Source: a virus. Taken from it: a stretch of DNA of 25,802 nt. The notes under the pieces were generated by a model. It ran no database searches. It had not been told where the DNA came from and saw only the letters and a list, made by a program, of their open reading frames with translations. Both the position numbers and the translations under genes were made by a program. This document shows positions 8,585 to 17,444 of this stretch, in pieces; the stretch's first letter is position 1, and each line of letters opens with the position of its first letter. The stretch lies in IMG/VR virus record IMGVR_UViG_3300043294_000406. The stretch is one strand, 5' to 3'.

Positions 8585-9475
8585 ATGCGGACCTCTTCTA
8601 GACGGCTGGCCACTGCGGTTCTTGCAATATCGCTGCTAGCTCTCTTCGTTCCTTCAGCCATCTACGCCCAAGGTTCCGCCCAGACCATCTCCTTCGCAGG
8701 TGCGGACTTCAACAGCACAGAGCCCACGATCACGGCTCTTGCTCCTGCCGCGCAGCCCCAGTGGAGCGCGGTCGTCTTCACCGCCCATGAGTTCTACAAC
8801 CTCACTTCGGCCCTCACGGTAGACTTCATCAGCTCTTCGAGCCCCGCCACTCTCGCCAAATCCACCGCGGCCCCGATCGCTTACACCCAGAGTGACGGGT
8901 GGTTCCAGTATCTCAGGGTCCAGATGTTCGAGAACGGCCACGCCTACGTCTACTATCTCCAGAACTCTTCCGCAGGGACTCCACTTGAGATCTTCTCGTG
9001 CTCTGCGTGCTGGTATGCCAACCAGACGACGCTGGGGTCTCTCAGCGGCGCAGCCGGGCATGAAGCCAACATCAACTACGGCCAAGAAGTCTTCGTAACC
9101 ATCTCGAGCGATAGCCTATACGTCGGGGCCATCAACTCCACCACGGGAGCCCTTCAGTACTGGGTCAACGGGTTCGGCCTCACTTCGGTCGGGCTTGGCG
9201 GCGGCTGGTACGTCGGGGAGACCCTTAACGGAGGCCTCACCGACCTCGGAGCTGCCACAGGTTCATACAAGATCCCAGCGGTAAGCGCAGGAGTAGCATA
9301 CCCGTGCATGATGACGGGCATCGGCTACGTCCAAGTCGAAATCGACCCCCCTGGCTTCACGACCACCCAGACCATCACATCGATGATCGGCATCGTCTAC
9401 CAGATCATCCCGCTCTTCATCCTCCTCGCCGTAATGGGCCTCATCGTCAACGTCTTCAAGTCCTTCAAAGTGTAG
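8585..9475 (+). CDS. 296-aa virion-type protein: N-terminal hydrophobic helix or signal, beta-rich domain, C-terminal coat-protein-like helix
   Basis: GAGGAG at 8568-8573 precedes ATG 8585 (MRTSSRRLATAVLAISLLALFVPSAIYA). The protein ends IGIVYQIIPLFILLAVMGLIVNVFKSFKV. Confidence 0.85.
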   Translation: MRTSSRRLATAVLAISLLALFVPSAIYAQGSAQTISFAGADFNSTEPTITALAPAAQPQWSAVVFTAHEFYNLTSALTVDFISSSSPATLAKSTAAPIAYTQSDGWFQYLRVQMFENGHAYVYYLQNSSAGTPLEIFSCSACWYANQTTLGSLSGAAGHEANINYGQEVFVTISSDSLYVGAINSTTGALQYWVNGFGLTSVGLGGGWYVGETLNGGLTDLGAATGSYKIPAVSAGVAYPCMMTGIGYVQVEIDPPGFTTTQTITSMIGIVYQIIPLFILLAVMGLIVNVFKSFKV

Positions 9476-9485
9476 GGACAGCGAA

Positions 9486-9498
9486 CCCCTCTTTTTCT
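9486..9498 (+). terminator. Pyrimidine/T-tract, putative archaeal terminator after the coat-gene pair
   Basis: CCCCTCTTTTTCT begins 11 nt after the 9475 stop. Confidence 0.4.
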
Positions 9499-9513
9499 AT
9501 GGAGTAGTCAACC

Positions 9514-12500
9514 GTGACCCCGAACCAGAGGGCGCGGAAATCGAAGGTGCTTGCGGTTCTTGTCGTTTCTCTCTTCCTGGCGTCCGCCCTGTCTGTCATC
9601 TCTCTCGGAGGGTCATCGGCTACGGCAGCCGCCCCCACTGCGCCGGCATACGGAGGCCAGGACTTCTACTTCGGGCTGATGTCGAACAATTCCACCCTGG
9701 GTATCAGATACCCGAGCTACGCCTCTTCCACCTGGCCTAACTGGTCCTTCTGGGGGCAGTTGCAAACCGGTCTGGTCGAGCCCAATCCCGGGTCCGGTAC
9801 TACGATAGTCACCGTGTCATGCCTCCCGCCCTCGATTCAAATTAATGCCTACACGACCTGCACAGCCTCCGTCTCTGATGCCACAGGTTCCATTGCAGGG
9901 GAAGAGATAAGCTTCGACATCACATCGTCTTCAGTGCCCGCCCCTGGGGGAGCCATCGATGGCGGCGGCTACTGTAACATCTTGGTCAACAGTTGCTCTA
10001 TCAGATTCCACGGTGATGTTGTGGGCTGGGGGACTGTAGAGGCGACATACTGGGGGGGCGACATGCAGGGTAACAGCCGCAGCCAAGGTCATTTCACTAT
10101 CAATGTCCTCTCTGCTCCCTACTATGAAGGATGGTATAATTCTCTAGTCTCAGAGAGTGGCTGTTTGGAGGTCAAACCTAGCGCCGTGGTAACTCTGAGC
10201 CAAAATGTCGCCATTCAGCAGACGAACAGCACAGCGGCTGGTCAGAATGGATTCTCTATCCAAATGAATATCTTCGGCGGGGCGAGTGACCCTGGGCAGA
10301 CTGATGACTGGTTGGCTGGTTGGGATCAGGTGGTTGTCGTGGCTCTGCCACAGGGTACGAGTGGCCTATGGTACTACTCAGGGACGGTAGAGGTCTGGAA
10401 CGAGCAGGCGGGTATAGTCTTCGACGGGCCGTGGTTGAACTTCTCTACGAACCAGCCCGCTCCAGCCGCAGGATGGACCTTTGACCTCGCCGCGACTTAC
10501 AAGAACTCAACATCCTACACAATGACAGGTGGACAGATGAAGGTCTATAACGCGCTCGGAACCCAAGTCGGGAGCACGATGAATATCCCGATAGTGATGC
10601 CACCATTCCCCACGACGATACCCCCACAGGGCATGCAGTACGGCATGTTCACTCCGTTCTTCAAGTCGGCGGTCTACGAAGTCAACCTGGTCGGGCAGTA
10701 CAACGCCGCGATTGCCAAGTTCAATTCTGGGGCCGGAACAATCACCTACTCGTCAAGCGACGGCCAGGCCGTCCAGCAGTATGGGTCCGGCTTTCCCAAC
10801 GGCCTTCCATGCGGCTATTCGGCGGGGAACACAGGAGAGAACTCGAACCTGCACTACGGTGCGACCTCGGCATCGGGCAATTCGCTGGTCCAGAGTTTCA
10901 ACACGCAGGTCACCACCGCTACCATAGTATCATGCAATCCGGCCAGTGTCTCCACGGCGACCTCCATAAGCTGCAGAGCCACAGTGACGGGGTACTCGGG
11001 CACAATAACTGGCGAGACCCTATCATGGAAAACATCGGGTTCGGGCTCGTTTAGTTCGACCACCTGCATCCTGACAAGCTCAGGTTCCCCAGCGACAATC
11101 GGGTGCTCGGTATCCTATCAAGCGCCGAACAACCTCCCGTTCGCCGTGACCACTAGCTACCCAGGCGACAGTAACAACTTTGCAAGTTTCGGATATGCTT
11201 CAATAACTGGCACCCCAGGCTCCTATCAGAAGATTACTCAAAACGGCTGTGACAACCAGTACCCGACCGGCTCGGGATGGGAAGAGACGGTCGAGACGAA
11301 CCCGCAAGTGCAGGGAACTCCCTATGGTTGCGGCCAGTGGATAGACCAGCAGGACGGGTTCGTACAAAGCGTGAGCTCCACCAATAGTTCTCAGGTCGCC
11401 TATCAAGGGATCATCGAAACGCAAGACGACATCGTGTCAGGCACCGGCCTGACATTCTCCGTCCAGATGACGGACCTCAACGCAGGGTCAGGCACTATGC
11501 TCACCTTCTGGGATGCAAAGTGCGTGGACCAAGGCCTGCCGCAGAACGGCCCCCAGATCTGTTCGTCCGACGGGACTGCAGACACCGGCTCGTGGAAATA
11601 CACCATGTGGTCAGTGGGAGATATGGGCGGGAGGTTCGCGTTCATAGACCCCACTGGCGGAGTCCATCGGCTTACAGCCGCAGGAAGCACGGCCCAGGTG
11701 GACAGCGTGGAGTTCTTAGTACGGGCGAACACGAACAACACACTCCACATCTACTACAACATAGGCTCGGGTTATATCCTTGGCGCGACCTATTCCAGCC
11801 CGTCGCTGGCATGGGAGAACACTGATGGCGGGGAAGCCCTCCTCTGGGCCTCGACGAAGAACACCGCAGTCCAGTACAGCAGCTTCGCCTACTATTCCGT
11901 CTGGGCTCCCAATCAGGTGCTTGCGGAAGGGACATTCGATAACAACATGATGAACTTGGCGCGCCACTACGAGGTCATAAGCGGAGGCCCGTACTCTGGG
12001 GACGCGGTGATGACTGACACCGAAGCTCCGCCTTTGGTCGCGGCCCTGAGCGGTGGGACTGGTGGAACCGCCGCAACCCTTTACTCCGGAATGGCTCCCT
12101 CCTCGACTTTGACTTCCTTTTTGGGTCTGGGGGCCCCGAGCAGCACATGCTCAAACCCCTGTTCGGTCAGCCAGACCTTTTCAACAGGCAACACCGTCTA
12201 CTATACCCTCACCAACGGGGCGACTGACAAGCTGGTCATCCTGATTTCTACGAACCCTGCTTCGACAGCTTGGCGCACCGTCTACACCATCGTGATCCAT
12301 TCGACATGGAGCAGCTATTCCACCGGATCCAGAGTGATGTCCCTCTACCTGGGGAACGACCTTCTAGTCTCTGGCCTGAACATACATACGAACCAATCTG
12401 GCACGACCTACACGGTGACCGAGCCGTTCGGCCTTCCCGGGAACCGCTACGTCTCCCGCCACATCACGTATGTGACGAGCCTTCTGCTTTCGGAGCTTGG

Positions 12501-14883
12501 CTATGGATCTTACGTGGCTGGCGGACAGGAGAGCGGTTCGGCCCCTAACTTGGCCGTGAAGCTATCCAACTTCATGCAGGAAGACATGACCCTCTGCCAT
12601 ACGGCTAGCAACTACGCCTGCTCAGCCACGACCTACACCGAATACTACGGTGCCATGTTCCCGAGCTATGCCAGCAGCCTTTCGAGCAACTGGTATTACC
12701 AGTATAGCACGTTCCCGGAGGCATCCTTCTACGACAGACTGCCTTATGGCAATACTTCAGTCAGCTTCGGACCTCTGAACCAGTACGGCTACGGCTACTC
12801 CCCCACAACCCAGTTCGCAGCTCCCTATATCTCTAGGCTGGCGATCACCAGCTCACCAGTGCTGCTTGCGGCCTTTCCCGAAATCTACTTCTCCGGGTCG
12901 ACCATATCTGTGGATGGTGCTTGGGTGATCAGCGGCCAGAAGAACGGCTTCACGCCAGCGACCCAGGCGCTCAGAGCAGAGTACACGGCCCTGACTGGCG
13001 GGGGTCTGACTACGGCCGAGGCTCTTCTGGACAGCGCGGGCTGGGACGGGATGGGGACCAGCCTGACCGTATGTCTGTCGATCATCTGCACCGCCCAGGC
13101 CAGCTATCCCACCTATGACACGGCCACCTTCCTGGCCGCGGCCTCGGTCGTGGGCCAGATGGCCGGGACGAACTCGCGCTGGGCCAACGAGGCCCGGCAG
13201 GCTGCCGGCGTCCTGGTGGCGGCCATGTGGCCAGGGATCGGCTACATCACCAACTACAACATCCCGCAGCCTATCACCGACTGGAGGTTCGTCGGGGGAG
13301 AGATGGCGGCCTACGAGCCGTTGAACGTGGACCCGGCCTCTTACACCACGAACCAGGCTGGCCCCTTCGCCGACGTTTCAGGCTGGCTGCAGATCATGGG
13401 GATTAATGGGGTCCAGCCGCCCGAGTCTGCGGGCTTCATCCCCGTGGACACCGAAGCCACGGGACTCACCGCGCAGGCGCTCTACACGTTCCTCGAGTAT
13501 CTTCCGAACCAGCCTGCCATCAACACCTTCGGGATTGCGGGTAGCCCGCTCGGGAACGTCTCTCCCGTGGTAAGCGGCTGCAGCACCTACAGCACCGCAC
13601 TTACCGGCTACTTCCTGTTCAATCAGACCAGCTTCGGCGACTGCCAGGTGTCCTACACCACCAGGATCACGCTTCCGGCCGACATCAATTACGCTTCGCT
13701 TCAGGCCTACTTCCACGTGAACGGGACGTTCACATACAGCGGCTCAGCCCCCCAGGGCATATACGCCCAGGTCTCGCTGACCGACACCGGCGGCAACAGC
13801 TATGGTTTCGGCCAGAACATCACCTTCCTGACGCGGTCTCAGTCTCTGGACAAGGAGATCGGGGTCTCGGTTGAGACGAACCAACCACTTCCGGCAGGAG
13901 GCTATCTCCTGACTTACAGCTTCTTCTTTCAGGGCAAAGGAACCTTCGACAGGAACAGCCTTTCCCCTCTAGGTCTCAGAGACTACGTGAGGATAGACCA
14001 GGGAGCGTTCCTGCCCAACACCCTGACGTACAACTTTGTCTCTGACGCGAATTGGAACGACTTCACAGACCTTCAGTGGACCACGACCAGCGGGGGTGCT
14101 GCCAGCGTGACCAACAACTTCGGGACCAGAGGGCTGGAAATCAATCTGGCTTCCGGCAGCACTTCGAATGAGTATGACGTCGAGACCATCAGCTACCATC
14201 CAATCTATTACGGCCTCGGCACCACCTTGCGTTTTACCGGGAACATCACGGGGCAGGCTGCGTCGACCTATCTCTGTTTCGGGATTTCGACAGTCTCCGA
14301 CAACAGCAAACTGTTCTCGGCCCAGGCCAGCTATGCCGACTTCTGCGACAACTCCGCGGGGAGCGCCCTGATCGGCTTCAGGAACCAAGGTGGGGCTGTA
14401 CAAGGCTTCATCCCCAGCTCTACCGTGAACGGGAAGAACCTTCAGGTGGGCATGGAGATCGTGGGCAAGACCCTCGTCATAACCTACACCACTGCGTCGG
14501 GGTCGGCGGTGTCCGTTTCCTTCACGATGAACTGGAACACCAACAACTTCTACGTCTACTCCTACGCCACGACGAAGGCGACTTCCACCCAGCACGTCTA
14601 TCTGCTCAGCGAGTCCGTCCAGGGCGAAGGTGCCTCGGTCAGCATCGGTCCTTCGCAACCCATCACGACTACTTCGTCGTCTGCGACTACTTCCGCGAAC
14701 AACACCGCGTTTCCCACCATCACCGTCCAGAGCGCCAGCAGCGGCAACTGCCCCAAGGGCAAGGTCTGTACTGACCCGCCGTTCGACTCCACCATCGCCG
14801 CGGTCCTCGTCGTCATCCCGGTCGTAGCGCTGATAGCAGTGGTGGGTTTCGTAAAGCGCTACCTGAGCCAGACGAAGCTGTAG
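9514..14883 (+). CDS. 1789-aa membrane-anchored surface/virion protein: signal peptide, two Ig-like repeats flanking a thermopsin-like domain, further beta-sandwich domains, C-terminal TM
   Basis: Signal VLAVLVVSLFLASALSVISLGG. Ig-like repeat pair TTIVTVSCLPPSIQ...CTASV (~9796) and TTATIVSCNPASVS...CRATV (~10912). Thermopsin-like motifs at ~10165-10900. C-terminal TM IAAVLVVIPVVALIAVVGFVKR. Many sequons. Confidence 0.85.
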   Translation: MTPNQRARKSKVLAVLVVSLFLASALSVISLGGSSATAAAPTAPAYGGQDFYFGLMSNNSTLGIRYPSYASSTWPNWSFWGQLQTGLVEPNPGSGTTIVTVSCLPPSIQINAYTTCTASVSDATGSIAGEEISFDITSSSVPAPGGAIDGGGYCNILVNSCSIRFHGDVVGWGTVEATYWGGDMQGNSRSQGHFTINVLSAPYYEGWYNSLVSESGCLEVKPSAVVTLSQNVAIQQTNSTAAGQNGFSIQMNIFGGASDPGQTDDWLAGWDQVVVVALPQGTSGLWYYSGTVEVWNEQAGIVFDGPWLNFSTNQPAPAAGWTFDLAATYKNSTSYTMTGGQMKVYNALGTQVGSTMNIPIVMPPFPTTIPPQGMQYGMFTPFFKSAVYEVNLVGQYNAAIAKFNSGAGTITYSSSDGQAVQQYGSGFPNGLPCGYSAGNTGENSNLHYGATSASGNSLVQSFNTQVTTATIVSCNPASVSTATSISCRATVTGYSGTITGETLSWKTSGSGSFSSTTCILTSSGSPATIGCSVSYQAPNNLPFAVTTSYPGDSNNFASFGYASITGTPGSYQKITQNGCDNQYPTGSGWEETVETNPQVQGTPYGCGQWIDQQDGFVQSVSSTNSSQVAYQGIIETQDDIVSGTGLTFSVQMTDLNAGSGTMLTFWDAKCVDQGLPQNGPQICSSDGTADTGSWKYTMWSVGDMGGRFAFIDPTGGVHRLTAAGSTAQVDSVEFLVRANTNNTLHIYYNIGSGYILGATYSSPSLAWENTDGGEALLWASTKNTAVQYSSFAYYSVWAPNQVLAEGTFDNNMMNLARHYEVISGGPYSGDAVMTDTEAPPLVAALSGGTGGTAATLYSGMAPSSTLTSFLGLGAPSSTCSNPCSVSQTFSTGNTVYYTLTNGATDKLVILISTNPASTAWRTVYTIVIHSTWSSYSTGSRVMSLYLGNDLLVSGLNIHTNQSGTTYTVTEPFGLPGNRYVSRHITYVTSLLLSELGYGSYVAGGQESGSAPNLAVKLSNFMQEDMTLCHTASNYACSATTYTEYYGAMFPSYASSLSSNWYYQYSTFPEASFYDRLPYGNTSVSFGPLNQYGYGYSPTTQFAAPYISRLAITSSPVLLAAFPEIYFSGSTISVDGAWVISGQKNGFTPATQALRAEYTALTGGGLTTAEALLDSAGWDGMGTSLTVCLSIICTAQASYPTYDTATFLAAASVVGQMAGTNSRWANEARQAAGVLVAAMWPGIGYITNYNIPQPITDWRFVGGEMAAYEPLNVDPASYTTNQAGPFADVSGWLQIMGINGVQPPESAGFIPVDTEATGLTAQALYTFLEYLPNQPAINTFGIAGSPLGNVSPVVSGCSTYSTALTGYFLFNQTSFGDCQVSYTTRITLPADINYASLQAYFHVNGTFTYSGSAPQGIYAQVSLTDTGGNSYGFGQNITFLTRSQSLDKEIGVSVETNQPLPAGGYLLTYSFFFQGKGTFDRNSLSPLGLRDYVRIDQGAFLPNTLTYNFVSDANWNDFTDLQWTTTSGGAASVTNNFGTRGLEINLASGSTSNEYDVETISYHPIYYGLGTTLRFTGNITGQAASTYLCFGISTVSDNSKLFSAQASYADFCDNSAGSALIGFRNQGGAVQGFIPSSTVNGKNLQVGMEIVGKTLVITYTTASGSAVSVSFTMNWNTNNFYVYSYATTKATSTQHVYLLSESVQGEGASVSIGPSQPITTTSSSATTSANNTAFPTITVQSASSGNCPKGKVCTDPPFDSTIAAVLVVIPVVALIAVVGFVKRYLSQTKL

Positions 14884-14913
14884 CCTTAAGTAAGGAGCCG
14901 CCGCCTTCCAGCA

Positions 14914-15001
14914 TTCATGTCCACCTGGGATAAGGTCGTGATAGTCCTGACCATCGCGGCGTTCCTGGCTCTTGCGGGTTTCGCGTTCATGTCCACCTGG
15001 G
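14914..15001 (+). repeat. 16-bp direct repeat TTCATGTCCACCTGGG (14914-14929 and 14986-15001)
   Basis: Two exact copies, plus a third partial TCCACCTGG at 15020-15028. Confidence 0.85.
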
Positions 15002-15042
15002 GCTGCCAGCCCGGGAACATCCACCTGGCCGGCATGTGCTGA
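14917..15042 (+). CDS. 41-aa single-TM protein (not in ORF track)
   Basis: Translates as MSTWDKVVIVLTIAAFLALAGFAFMSTWGCQPGNIHLAGMC*. Confidence 0.6.
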   Translation: MSTWDKVVIVLTIAAFLALAGFAFMSTWGCQPGNIHLAGMC

Positions 15043-15184
15043 ACTTCCGGCCCCATTAGACCCTAAGGGCTAGAATCGGCCTCTTCACAGTAGGAGGACC
15101 GCGAACTACGGGATATGCTTAAATCAACGACTTGCCTAAATGGTTGCGGGGATTCAGACGGCGGCAAGGGCTCCGTTGGGCTGC

Positions 15185-15547
15185 ATGATTCTTGTCTTCG
15201 CCCGAGACTGCCCCATAGCCGACGAACAGGCCCACAACAACTACAGGAACCATTATCTCGCCAGAAGGCAAGTCAGCAGCGATGGATGGACCGGGTCGGA
15301 GATTCCAAGCTCGAAGCTGGCGCAGTGGTTTGGCGAGACCTCTCTGGGGCAGGGTTTCAACGACCTGTCCGAAGGCCTGTTCTTCCTCGGGCGGCTCTGG
15401 ATCGCCTGGAGGGAGCTCAAGGACGAGAGCAAGCTGGACCCCGCGAAGCACTACGTCAAGATCGAACGAGTAGAAGGCTGCAGGTTCCCCGAGAGGCTGT
15501 TCCGTCGCCCGGGCTTCAGGGAGATGGTGAACGGGTTTGCGAAGTAA
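15185..15547 (+). CDS. Hypothetical soluble protein, ~120 aa
   Basis: GC3-rich codons in this frame; overlaps the start of the next gene. The ATG at 15140 is an alternative start. Confidence 0.65.
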   Translation: MILVFARDCPIADEQAHNNYRNHYLARRQVSSDGWTGSEIPSSKLAQWFGETSLGQGFNDLSEGLFFLGRLWIAWRELKDESKLDPAKHYVKIERVEGCRFPERLFRRPGFREMVNGFAK

Positions 15548-17441
15548 CGATCTCCACCGGAAGAGAAGAGCCAATCGAGCAATAATCGTTCTTCTCACGA
15601 TTCTGTTGGGGTTGTCCTTCACATTCGGAGCGGCCCCAGCGCATGCCACTTCCGGCGACAACCTGACCATCATCAGCAAGCACTGGGTCTCGCAGGGCGG
15701 CTGGCCGCTTTGGAACGACACCAGCTACAGCTTTCAGGGATTCCTGACCAATTCGACTGGCGGCCCGATTTCAGGCGCACAAATCCAACTCTACTGCACC
15801 CCCCCTACTTCCGGCTGTTCGCCTTACAATAATGGGGCTTTGGGTAACGCCGTGACAAATTCCAGCGGCGGCTACTACTTCCCTGGCGTGCCGCTCTTCG
15901 CAGGCCTGTACCATGCCTACACCGTCTATTGGAACGGGAGCGCGATTCTGGCGACCAGTCCGGTAGTCCCCATGGTCGCCCCAGGGCTTTCACTCTGGAT
16001 AAGCCCGGCCACAGGCAGCACCCACTCTACCTTCACCTTCACCGGTCATCTGGTGGGTCTCAACGGTAGCATCAGTTATTCTGCGGTCTCCCTGTCATTC
16101 TACTACAAATCTTCTCTGACCGGGGCCAGTCACGTAATGACTGCCTTCGCCACCGCCGCGTCCGGTAATTACTCTGCCTCGATAACGGGGTTCGCCACCA
16201 GCCCAGGCTTCCCTGTGGGGAGCTATCTAGTCTGGGCCTTCCTGAACTACACCAACCCCAACCTGATAATGCAGAACAGCAACAGAGTGAACATGACGGT
16301 CACCGCCGCTGGTGACACCCTGACCCTCGGGGTGCTTCCCACTTCTGGGACTCCTGCGACGTTCTTCACGTTCTCAGGAGCATTGGAGGACGCTAACGGG
16401 AACCCGATCCAGAACGCGGTGGTCCAGCTCTACTGCCCGCTGGCTTCGTGCAATCCCCTGACGCAGGGGGTCATAGGCTCTGCGCTGACGGACGCGGCCG
16501 GAATCTACGTGATCCAGGACAACGGTTTCCCAGCCGGCAACTACACAGTCTACACGGTCGAAGTCATAATGAACTACACTGGTGGCGGCAACCACATAGG
16601 CGCGACAAGTCATTCGCTCCACTTCTCCGTGAGCGGTTCAGGGTCCAACGGCGGGAGCTACAGCCTCACGACCCTGAGCATGACTTCCAGTTCGACCTGC
16701 GTGAGCATAGGGGACGCCTTCACCCTGACCGCCTTCGTGAAGAACCTCACGACCGGACAGCCGATTTCGGGCATAAGCGTGGCTTTCAAGTACGCCCTCA
16801 ATTCCTCCGCATACAAGAGCATAGGGTCGGCGGTCACGAAGTCGGACGGCTATGCCTCGATCAGCTTCACGTCAAGCTACAACGGGTCCTACATCTTCGC
16901 AGCGTCAGCGGTCATCGGCGGAAGCAGCTACACTTCGGCTGGGGTCCTGGTCCAGACTGGCAACGGCTGCACGGCTATTCCGACGAACTGCGGCTTCCTG
17001 GGGCTGGGTTGCGTCTTTGGTTCCATCCAGAACGCATTCTCTTCTGCCCAGAGCAGTTTCACCAACGCCGTCTGGGGCGGTCTGAGCGGGATAGCGAATT
17101 TCTTTGCGGGCATAATGAACCCGATGTACTGGCTGAACAAGCTGGGCTTCGGCTGGATCGTCAACGCCTTCGGCTACATGGTGGACGCCTTCATCATCTT
17201 CCTGAGCATAGTGATCGCTACCCTCCCCTATCTCGGGATCATCATCCTGATACTCAACCTGTTCTACGTGGTCCAGTTCGACTTCGAGGGGCTACTGGGG
17301 TTCTGGACCAACGCGTACCAGATAGTCGCCATGATAGCCGACGCGATCTTCAACTTCGTGCAGATAATCATAGACCTGATCCAGGCCCTAGAGAGCAGCG
17401 TCGGGGGCGGCGGCATCGGTGCGGTGGCGGCAGGAGCTTAG
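15537..17441 (+). CDS. 634-aa secreted/virion protein: signal peptide, four Ig-like repeats, long hydrophobic/amphipathic C-terminal region
   Basis: Signal ends APAHA|TSG. Repeats such as FQGFLTNSTGGPISGAQIQLYC and FSGALEDANGNPIQNAVVQLYC. The last ~140 aa are hydrophobic. Confidence 0.85.
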   Translation: MRSNDLHRKRRANRAIIVLLTILLGLSFTFGAAPAHATSGDNLTIISKHWVSQGGWPLWNDTSYSFQGFLTNSTGGPISGAQIQLYCTPPTSGCSPYNNGALGNAVTNSSGGYYFPGVPLFAGLYHAYTVYWNGSAILATSPVVPMVAPGLSLWISPATGSTHSTFTFTGHLVGLNGSISYSAVSLSFYYKSSLTGASHVMTAFATAASGNYSASITGFATSPGFPVGSYLVWAFLNYTNPNLIMQNSNRVNMTVTAAGDTLTLGVLPTSGTPATFFTFSGALEDANGNPIQNAVVQLYCPLASCNPLTQGVIGSALTDAAGIYVIQDNGFPAGNYTVYTVEVIMNYTGGGNHIGATSHSLHFSVSGSGSNGGSYSLTTLSMTSSSTCVSIGDAFTLTAFVKNLTTGQPISGISVAFKYALNSSAYKSIGSAVTKSDGYASISFTSSYNGSYIFAASAVIGGSSYTSAGVLVQTGNGCTAIPTNCGFLGLGCVFGSIQNAFSSAQSSFTNAVWGGLSGIANFFAGIMNPMYWLNKLGFGWIVNAFGYMVDAFIIFLSIVIATLPYLGIIILILNLFYVVQFDFEGLLGFWTNAYQIVAMIADAIFNFVQIIIDLIQALESSVGGGGIGAVAAGA

Positions 17442-17444
17442 GAC

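Noticed and set aside
3692-17441. Large secreted proteins as a cellular S-layer/adhesin island or conjugative element
   Set aside because: No VirB4/VirD4, relaxase or pilin genes are present, and the context of coat-like micro-ORFs, Zot-like ATPase, phage MTase/DUF5131 and an early operon fits a virus better. It is not formally excluded.
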